A stretch of DNA of 41,939 nt from a virus, in IMG/VR virus record IMGVR_UViG_3300045988_014288, positions 1 through 41,939 of that record; one strand, given 5' to 3'. The notes beneath the pieces are model-generated. The model had not been told where the DNA came from. It was given only the letters and a program-made list of their open reading frames with translations, and did not search any database. Shown here in pieces: positions 7,238-13,802 of the stretch; position 1 is the first letter of the stretch; each line of letters opens with the position of its first letter. A program made the translations under genes and the position numbers.

Positions 7238-7384
7238 TTTGCCATCTGGCACGCAAGATGGCTCACCTCCTTGATTAAGGTTTTTGTTATTCATACTTTT
7301 CTTTAAAAAAGAAATAAATATCCGAAACAACTCGTGGCAGGCATGACACGTTAAACACCTTGCTAACCCGGGAATCTGGGTTAT

Positions 7385-7455
7385 GTGGAACCTATCGGCT
7401 ATAGAACGAATATCTATAGATACAAGTTTTCCAGTTCGACTCTGGAAGCTCCACT
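7385..7455 (+). ncRNA. tRNA-like module 2 (imperfect acceptor stem + 7-bp hairpin + canonical T-arm; no D-arm)
   Basis: GTGGAAC (7385-91) pairs with GCTCCAC (7448-54) at 6/7. Hairpin CTATAGA-ACGAATA-TCTATAG (7399-7419). T-arm TCCAG-TTCGACT-CTGGA (7430-46). Confidence 0.45.
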
Positions 7456-7530
7456 TACCTCGCCAGTGGTCTAACTGGCTTAATCCATACCTGCGGCGGC
7501 AGGTCAATAAAAACGGCCAGGAGGATATAT

Positions 7531-8163
7531 ATGCAGAAACTTATTGACACATTAAAATCATTTGGAATTGAAATCCCGGAGGATAAACAGGCAGATGTTA
7601 AGAAAGCACTCTCTGAACATTACAAAAATGCAAAGGAAGTAGCGAAAACTCTGTCAAAAGTTGAGGGAGAACGAGATGACTGGAAAGAACGTGCCGAGAC
7701 AGCAGAAGAAACCTTGAAAGGGTTTGACGGTATCGACCCGGCAAACATTCAGACAGAGCTTGCTGGATGGAAAAAAAAAGCGGAGAACGCAGAAAAAGAG
7801 TTTAATGCGAAAATCTATGACCGCGATTTCTCAGATGCGCTCAAAGCGGCACTCGACGATGTTAAGTTTTCTAGTGAAGCGGCAAAGAAGTCTGTTATGG
7901 CAGACATCAAAGAAGCAGGTCTTAAGCTGAAAGACGGTAAAATCCTTGGACTGAATGACCTGATTGAGCAGATGAAGCAGTCTGACGCATCCGCTTTTGT
8001 GGATGAATCTCAGCAGCAGGCTCAGCAGAATCAGGCAAGATTTACCACTCATGTTGGACAGCAGCAGACACCGGGAAACATGACAAAGAAAGATATCGAA
8101 GCAATCAAAGACCCGTCCGAGAGACAGGCTGCAATTGCTCAGAACATCCAGTTATTCCAGTAA
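7531..8163 (+). CDS. scaffolding protein (GP20-like minor structural protein)
   Basis: RBS AGGAGGA. 210 aa, highly charged and helical, K/E/A-rich with a Q-rich C-terminus. Sits immediately upstream of the major capsid gene. Confidence 0.8.
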   Translation: MQKLIDTLKSFGIEIPEDKQADVKKALSEHYKNAKEVAKTLSKVEGERDDWKERAETAEETLKGFDGIDPANIQTELAGWKKKAENAEKEFNAKIYDRDFSDALKAALDDVKFSSEAAKKSVMADIKEAGLKLKDGKILGLNDLIEQMKQSDASAFVDESQQQAQQNQARFTTHVGQQQTPGNMTKKDIEAIKDPSERQAAIAQNIQLFQ

Positions 8164-8238
8164 TTTTTACACCGACTATACGTCAGAGTATAGCCGCTAA
8201 CCCAATACCTTAACAATTATGGGTAGAAAGGATTTTTT

Positions 8239-9408
8239 ATGCCAGCAAAAACTAATCTTATTATGACTAGTGATATTCAGGTCACAGCACGTGAGATTGA
8301 TTTTGTTACCAGATTCGAAAGAAACTGGCAGCACTTACGTGACATTCTGGGTATCATGAGACCTATCAAAAAGCAGCCGGGTGCTGTACTCAAGTCTAAA
8401 TATGCAGAGGGTACTTTACAGAGCGGAAATGTTGGTGAGGGCGAGGAAATCCCTTACAGCAAGTTTACTGTAAAAGAAAAGACCTATGCAGAAATGACTA
8501 TCGAAAAGTACGCAAAGGCTGTATCTATCGAAGCAATTAAGGATCACGGTTATGAGAACGCTGTTCAGATGACCGATGATGAATTCCTTTTCCAGCTTCA
8601 GACTGATGTTACCAGCAGATTCTACGACTATCTGAAAACCGGTACACTTACTTCCACAGAAACAACATTTCAGATGGCTCTGGCAATGGCTAAAGGCCGT
8701 GTAGAAAACAAATTCAAACAGATGCACAGAAATGTGACTGGCGTTGTTGGGTTTGTCAACATTCTGGACGTATATGAATACCTCGGAGCAGCTGAGATCA
8801 CTATTCAGAACCAGTTCGGATTCCAGTACATGAAAGATTTCATGGGGTTCAATACAATCTTCCTGTTATCCGACAGTGAAATCCCGAGAGGACAGGTTAT
8901 CGCTACTCCCGTTGAGAACATCGTACTTTACTATGTTGATCCGAACGAATCTGACTTCGCAAGAGCAGGACTTGTATACACTGTATCTGGCGAGACAAAC
9001 CTGATCGGATTCCATACACAGGGCAACTACCACACAGCAGTGTCCGAAGCGTTCGCGGTTATGGGTCTTACTCTTTTTGCGGAGTACATTGACGCAATCG
9101 CAGTAATCACCATTGATGAGACACCGACCCTCGGTACTCTGACAGTAAATTCCGCGGCTGGAACAGCAAGTGGCGACACAAAAATCACTGTAAATCCGGC
9201 TAAGGAAAGTGCTGGCAATGTGTATAAATACAAAGTTGCGGCAGACGCAGTAACTGTTGGATATGGACAGAACCTCAGAAATTGGACTTCTTGGGACGGA
9301 AAAGCTGACATCAAGGCAGCAACCGGACAGAAGATCACAGTAGTTGAGTGTGATGGAACATACAAGGCACTGAATGCCGGAAGCGCAAGCGTAACAGCAA
9401 AATCATAA
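8239..9408 (+). CDS. major capsid protein (HK97-fold type) with C-terminal Ig-like extension
   Basis: 389 aa following the scaffold gene. The C-terminal ~95 aa (TLGTLTVNSAAGTASGDTKITVNP...ITVVECDGTYKA...) looks like a beta-sandwich Ig-like domain. Confidence 0.8.
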   Translation: MPAKTNLIMTSDIQVTAREIDFVTRFERNWQHLRDILGIMRPIKKQPGAVLKSKYAEGTLQSGNVGEGEEIPYSKFTVKEKTYAEMTIEKYAKAVSIEAIKDHGYENAVQMTDDEFLFQLQTDVTSRFYDYLKTGTLTSTETTFQMALAMAKGRVENKFKQMHRNVTGVVGFVNILDVYEYLGAAEITIQNQFGFQYMKDFMGFNTIFLLSDSEIPRGQVIATPVENIVLYYVDPNESDFARAGLVYTVSGETNLIGFHTQGNYHTAVSEAFAVMGLTLFAEYIDAIAVITIDETPTLGTLTVNSAAGTASGDTKITVNPAKESAGNVYKYKVAADAVTVGYGQNLRNWTSWDGKADIKAATGQKITVVECDGTYKALNAGSASVTAKS

Positions 9409-9426
9409 ATGTAGGAGGTAACTGGC

Positions 9427-9924
9427 ATGGCTTATGCAGATTATGAATTTTATAAAACTTCATATTTTGGTTCGGTCGTGCCAGGGACTGACTTCCCACG
9501 ACTGGCAGAAAGAGCCAGTGATTTTGTGGACACAATGACATTTGACAGACTGGTGGACGGACTGCCAACAAACGAACGCTCACAGAAGCGTATCAAAAAG
9601 GCGGTCTGTTCATTGGCTGAATTAATGTATCAGATTGAACTTGCTGAGAAGAATGCTACCAATGCCGCTGTGAGTGGTACATCAACCACAATCGGGTCCG
9701 GTGGTAGCACGACAGGCATTGTAACCTCTGTATCTTCTGGCAGTGAATCTATTTCTTATGCGACACCTCAGCAGATTGGGGCAAGCGCAAAGGAATGGAG
9801 TGCGGTGTATGCCGCCGCCGGAGATGTACAGAAAACGAACGACTTACTCTTAAAGGCAGCTTTGCCACTTCTGATGGGAGTAAGGACGGATGATGGAATA
9901 CCAATTTTATATGCAGGAGTGTAA
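9427..9924 (+). CDS. head-tail connector / adaptor (gp6-like)
   Basis: RBS TAGGAGG. The N-terminus MAYADYEFYKTSYFG...FPRLAERASDFVD is typical of head-tail connector proteins, and the gene follows MCP. Confidence 0.65.
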   Translation: MAYADYEFYKTSYFGSVVPGTDFPRLAERASDFVDTMTFDRLVDGLPTNERSQKRIKKAVCSLAELMYQIELAEKNATNAAVSGTSTTIGSGGSTTGIVTSVSSGSESISYATPQQIGASAKEWSAVYAAAGDVQKTNDLLLKAALPLLMGVRTDDGIPILYAGV

Positions 9925-9929
9925 TTGAT

Positions 9930-10445
9930 ATGAATTTTAAAGAAGCGTTTAAACTTATGAAACAGGGAGCAAAAGTAAAACTCCCGGGTTGGAATGGCTA
10001 CTGGTGTTGGGATGATGAAAAACATACGATTATGATTCATTGCAGACCAAAAGATTCTGATGAAGGTCAGGGAGAAGTTCTCGATATCCGTGAAACGCAG
10101 AGAGTGGAATACACTTTCATGCACACGCAGAGAGATGATTGGATGATTGCTGATGAGAATAACTGTGGTGTCCTTGGCGGTCAGTCAACATTTGGATTTG
10201 GTGATGCTATCCGTTATCTAAAAAGGGGACTTAAAGTGGCTCGTAAAGGTTGGAATGGAAAGAAACAGTACATTCAGCTTGCCACTGGTATTTCTTATAA
10301 GATAGCGGATGGAGAGATTGTGAACTGTGAGCATGATGCAATCGGAAACAATGCCATTGCTTTTGTCGGAACATCTGGTGTACAGATGGGATGGGTTGCA
10401 TCTCAGGCAGATATGTTAGCAGAGGATTGGATTTTCGCAGAATAG
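9930..10445 (+). CDS. tandem DUF2829 (Tad2-like, Thoeris anti-defence family) protein
   Basis: Two repeats of the DUF2829 signature: MNFKEAFKLMKQGAKVKLPGWNG...DDWMIAD and FGDAIRYLKRGLKVARKGWNGKKQYIQL...GWVASQADMLAEDWIFAE. Confidence 0.7.
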   Translation: MNFKEAFKLMKQGAKVKLPGWNGYWCWDDEKHTIMIHCRPKDSDEGQGEVLDIRETQRVEYTFMHTQRDDWMIADENNCGVLGGQSTFGFGDAIRYLKRGLKVARKGWNGKKQYIQLATGISYKIADGEIVNCEHDAIGNNAIAFVGTSGVQMGWVASQADMLAEDWIFAE

Positions 10446-10459
10446 GAGGCATCCAGATA

Positions 10460-10729
10460 ATGGATATTTCAACATTAGGCTCATGCATCGCAATCGTTAT
10501 GATTTGCTACATCGTAGGAATGGGATGTAAAGCATCAAAAAGAATCTCTGATGAATGGATTCCAGTAATCATGGCGGTTATTGGTGGAATTCTCGGAGCA
10601 GTCGGAATGGGAGTTATCCCAGATTTCCCGGCAACGGATTACATCACGGCAGTTGCAGTCGGTATGTTTAACGGATTGTCGGCAACTGGTGTGAATCAGG
10701 TTATTAAGCAGGCAGCGCAGAAAGAATAA
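10460..10729 (+). CDS. holin (Listeria A118 Hol118 / Phage_holin_5-like)
   Basis: RBS GGAGG 10 nt upstream of ATG 10460. 89 aa with 2-3 TM segments. The pattern K-x-x-x-I-x-x-x-WIPVIMAVIGGILGA...GLSATGVNQVIKQ matches the Hol118 family layout. Confidence 0.65.
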   Translation: MDISTLGSCIAIVMICYIVGMGCKASKRISDEWIPVIMAVIGGILGAVGMGVIPDFPATDYITAVAVGMFNGLSATGVNQVIKQAAQKE

Positions 10730-10745
10730 TTAAGGAGAGGGTATC

Positions 10746-11207
10746 ATGTATAGCAAAACTGTGACGATTTTTGATTATTATGAATCAGCCACGACAGGAG
10801 ATGCGTACTGGTATCCTCATGTGCTATCCGGCGTTGATCTTATTACGGACAAAGGAGCAATCCTCAAAAAGTACGGGCCAGACGCAACTGACAACGCACA
10901 GTTACACGTTCGATATACTGTCCAGAATGGCGATATAACCATTACGGATAAAGAAGGCAAGATTCTTCCATGGGTGCCGTCAAAAGAGTGGAAAAGGCAG
11001 ATTAACAACGCTCTGGAAGATACTATCACATTCTCAGATGAGTCGTTCTTCTGGGAAGGTGAGTGGACTGGTGGAACGGTATCTGATGGTGATTATCGGA
11101 ATGGATTCTACCAGTACATGAACGAGAACAAGGATAACGTGTTTAAGATTACCAGTGTTGGCGGTCCGTATACACTGATTCCGCATTTTGAAATTCTGGG
11201 TAAGTGA
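10746..11207 (+). CDS. head-tail joining (head closure-like) protein
   Basis: RBS AAGGAGAGGG. 153 aa in the connector-to-tail block, with a C-terminal IPHFEILGK motif seen in Gram-positive phage head-closure proteins. Confidence 0.55.
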   Translation: MYSKTVTIFDYYESATTGDAYWYPHVLSGVDLITDKGAILKKYGPDATDNAQLHVRYTVQNGDITITDKEGKILPWVPSKEWKRQINNALEDTITFSDESFFWEGEWTGGTVSDGDYRNGFYQYMNENKDNVFKITSVGGPYTLIPHFEILGK

Positions 11208-11208
11208 T

Positions 11209-11700
11209 ATGAGTAAGATTCATCATTTTAAAGGATTCTCCGTAGTTGATGGAGATATGAAAATAAAGCTGAATATGAGCAGATTTTCCAGACAGTACCA
11301 AGAAGCCCAGTACCTCCTTGACGGAATGGTTATGGACGGTATGATAGAGTTTATGCCAATGATTTCGGGAGATTTTATTGACCGAACAAGAGTCAAAAGT
11401 ACATCAATGCAAGGGACTGGATTTGTATGTGCGGCGGCAGAACCATATGGACGTTTCCTTTATTTTGGAAAAACCATGGTCGACCCCGCAACAGGTAGTA
11501 CATGGGCAAGACACGATGCAGAAAAGGTTCTTGTGAGCCAGTACTCCGGTAAAACGAATGCAAAAGAAAATCTTCAATATACAAAATCACCGCATACTCA
11601 GGCGCAAGCTGAATGGTTCGATGCCGCTAAACGACAATACGGTGACACATGGATTCGCAAAGTAAAAGCACAGGCAGGAGGTGGCAGACATGGCGGATAA
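11209..11700 (+). CDS. minor capsid / tail-completion protein (A118-type minor capsid family)
   Basis: ATG immediately after the upstream stop. The TTG at 11188 in the ORF track is less likely. Position and size fit a neck protein. Confidence 0.55.
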   Translation: MSKIHHFKGFSVVDGDMKIKLNMSRFSRQYQEAQYLLDGMVMDGMIEFMPMISGDFIDRTRVKSTSMQGTGFVCAAAEPYGRFLYFGKTMVDPATGSTWARHDAEKVLVSQYSGKTNAKENLQYTKSPHTQAQAEWFDAAKRQYGDTWIRKVKAQAGGGRHGG

Positions 11701-12190
11701 ACCTATCGGAAAAGATGCAACTGGATATGAGATTCTGACAGATGCCATGAAAGCACTTCTGAACCAGTATCCGGAACTATATGAAAATGAAACAATCAAG
11801 TTTGAAGAACTTAGCAAGGAATCTGGAATTGCGTTCTCAGCAGATAACGGTGCCTTGATTTATTCAGAAAAAGAAGATGTTTGTGGAACAATGCATCAGG
11901 TATGTCAGTACCCATTTTATGTGGTATACCGCACAGCATCCGACAAGGAAAGACAGAAGCTATCTGTTCAGAAGTTCCTCGACAACCTCGGTAAATGGAT
12001 ATGCCGAGAACCAGTTGTCATAAATGGCTCTGAGACACGTTTAAATGCGTTTCCTGAACTCTCACAGGGGCGAGTGATAAAACGTATCACCCGTGATAAC
12101 TCCTATGGTTTAGAACCGCAGGAGGGTGGCGTACAGGATTGGTTATTACCATTGTCGGTACGCTACGAAAACACTTACGAAGTAATATAA
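11690..12190 (+). CDS. tail terminator / minor capsid family protein
   Basis: RBS AGGAGGTG 6 nt upstream of ATG 11690. 166 aa immediately before the major tail gene. Confidence 0.5.
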   Translation: MADKPIGKDATGYEILTDAMKALLNQYPELYENETIKFEELSKESGIAFSADNGALIYSEKEDVCGTMHQVCQYPFYVVYRTASDKERQKLSVQKFLDNLGKWICREPVVINGSETRLNAFPELSQGRVIKRITRDNSYGLEPQEGGVQDWLLPLSVRYENTYEVI

Positions 12191-12271
12191 CAAGTAACAA
12201 CCGGCTATCAATTGGAGATAGTCGCTAACCTACACAGCCTTTTAAAAGTTATAGGCAGAAAGGACATTTCT

Positions 12272-12772
12272 ATGGCAGTTACAGGCAAGATTGACCGTAA
12301 ATACATGGCTCATTATATCGATGCAGGTTCCCTCTGTGGAGGGCTGACACCGAAATATGAGCGTCTTGGAAAAGACCTGGAAGAGTACAATGTAGAACTC
12401 AATCCAGATACTGAAACATCTAAAAACATTCTCGGAGAATCCACATTTAAACACAATGGCTATGAAGTTTCTTCTGACGCTGATCCGTTCTATGCAGACA
12501 CTACTTCTGATCTGTTCACAGCGTTACAGAAGATCGTAGATGGGCGTCTCAAAGACGATAACCTCAAAACAAAAGTAGTTGAGGTTCATCTCTGGACAGA
12601 AGCCACAGCAGGCAAGTATGAAGCATATCAGCAGGACTGCTACGTTGTGCCGACTTCCTACGGTGGTGATACATCTGGCTACCAGATTCCATTTACTGTC
12701 AACTATACCGGCGAGCGCGTAAAAGGAAAATTTGATATCAGCTCCGGAACATTTACAGCTGACAGCGAATAA
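12272..12772 (+). CDS. major tail protein
   Basis: 166 aa directly before the chaperone pair and tape measure. ATG 12272 with GAAAGGA upstream is preferred over TTG 12212. Confidence 0.7.
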   Translation: MAVTGKIDRKYMAHYIDAGSLCGGLTPKYERLGKDLEEYNVELNPDTETSKNILGESTFKHNGYEVSSDADPFYADTTSDLFTALQKIVDGRLKDDNLKTKVVEVHLWTEATAGKYEAYQQDCYVVPTSYGGDTSGYQIPFTVNYTGERVKGKFDISSGTFTADSE

Positions 12773-12792
12773 TTTTTAGGAGGGTATAGAAA

Positions 12793-13218
12793 ATGGCAAA
12801 AACAATTAACACAAACATTGATGATGGATTTCTTCTTTTCACATTCACGAACAAACAGGGTGAAGTGTTTTCTTCATTCAAGTTGAACCCTACCGACATT
12901 AACGTTGCAGCAAGAGCGGAAGAATTGGAAACTTTCTTTGAGCAGGCTCAGGAATCTGTTAAAAATGTTTCTTCCAGCAAAGAAATGGCAGAGATCAATA
13001 AGCAGATTGAGGACAAAATCAATTATATGCTCGGATACGAAGCATCTAAGGATTTATTTAAAGAACCAATTACCGCAACAACTGTTTTTGGAAATGGTCA
13101 GGTATTCGCTTATATCGTCCTTGACAAAATCAATGAAGCGCTTACTCCAGAGATTGAAAAGAGAAAGAAAAAAATGCAGGAAGTAGTCAGTAAGTACACG
13201 GAGAAGTATACAAAATGA
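12793..13218 (+). CDS. tail assembly chaperone
   Basis: RBS TAGGAGGG. 141 aa, acidic and helical, located between the major tail and Gp15-like genes. Confidence 0.6.
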   Translation: MAKTINTNIDDGFLLFTFTNKQGEVFSSFKLNPTDINVAARAEELETFFEQAQESVKNVSSSKEMAEINKQIEDKINYMLGYEASKDLFKEPITATTVFGNGQVFAYIVLDKINEALTPEIEKRKKKMQEVVSKYTEKYTK

Positions 13219-13787
13219 CCGCCTATGAGTTGCCCACCTCACTAAATATCAGTGGGGTGGATTTTTCTATCAGAACGGATTTTCGAGTAATTATTGATAT
13301 TCTGGTCGCCATGAATGACCCAGAACTGGACGAGCAGGCGAAAGCAGTTGTTATGTTACAGATTCTATTCGAGGATTGGCAAAGCATACCCCCAGAACAT
13401 CTTACGGAAGCTTGCCAGAAAGCTTGCGAGTTTATTGATTGTGGTCAAGTTGACGATAGTCCGAATAAGCCCAAACCCCGTCTGATGGACTGGGAACAGG
13501 ACGGAGATATGATCGTTCCAGCTGTGAACAAGGTTGCCGGTAAAGAAATCAGAGCAGTGCCTTATATGCACTGGTGGACGTTTTTTGGATATTTCATGGA
13601 ATCTGGCGAGTGTCTGTTCAACACGGTTGTTGGAATCCGGTCAAAAAAAACAAAGGGTGAAAAACTCGATAAATGGGAAAAGAAATTCTATCAGGAAAAC
13701 AAGAATATTATTGACATAAAAACACGTCTCAGCGACGAGGAGCAAGCGTATAAAGATGCGCTGAATGAGATGTTGAACCTCAAATAG
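13215..13787 (+). CDS. Gp15-family tail assembly protein (Listeria A118 Gp15-like)
   Basis: ATGA overlap. N-terminal pattern G-x-x-F-x-I-x-TDFR-x-I-x-x-IL and position just upstream of the tape measure gene. Confidence 0.6.
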   Translation: MTAYELPTSLNISGVDFSIRTDFRVIIDILVAMNDPELDEQAKAVVMLQILFEDWQSIPPEHLTEACQKACEFIDCGQVDDSPNKPKPRLMDWEQDGDMIVPAVNKVAGKEIRAVPYMHWWTFFGYFMESGECLFNTVVGIRSKKTKGEKLDKWEKKFYQENKNIIDIKTRLSDEEQAYKDALNEMLNLK

Positions 13788-13802
13788 CTAGGAGGTGGAC
13801 GC

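Larger units (their letters stand above)
7104..7530 (+). promoter_or_regulatory. long structured untranslated leader of the scaffold/capsid operon
   Basis: No credible ORF on either strand. Many stable hairpins (7241-62, 7365-82, 7462-79, 7489-7504), two 16S-3'-end-like CT tracts, and the two tRNA-like modules. Confidence 0.55.

Noticed and set aside
7180-7454. Possible phage-encoded tmRNA (the 3' strand AGCTCCA after a T-arm resembles the tmRNA acceptor end)
   Set aside because: There is no 5' GGGG acceptor strand and no G3:U70 pair (the 3:70 position is a T-C mismatch with the only distal partner). No encoded CCA, no recognisable resume codon or tag ORF ending in hydrophobic residues, and no pseudoknot series. 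It is kept only as a tRNA-like element.
7172-7507. 111-aa ORF on the - strand covering the scaffold leader
   Set aside because: It has a TTG start with no purine-rich RBS. Its translation contains ARQDSNL, the typical artefact of reading a T-arm (GGTTCGAGTCC) in reverse. It is Cys/Arg/His-rich with no protein-like pattern. The region is better explained as structured RNA on the + strand.
7771-7779. A9 homopolymer inside the scaffold gene (and A8/A9/T7 runs at the contig junction, 59-112) as recoding or slippage sites
   Set aside because: The runs simply encode Lys tracts in frame (WKKKA, EEAKKI, EEKKT). No alternative-frame ORF of any length continues from them. They are more relevant as sequencing-error hot spots.
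12793-13787. Programmed -1 frameshift (G/GT-type) between the tail chaperone genes
   Set aside because: The two genes are joined by a simple ATGA stop/start overlap. No slippery heptamer precedes the stop, and the internal alternative frame (12905-13186) ends before the gene boundary.
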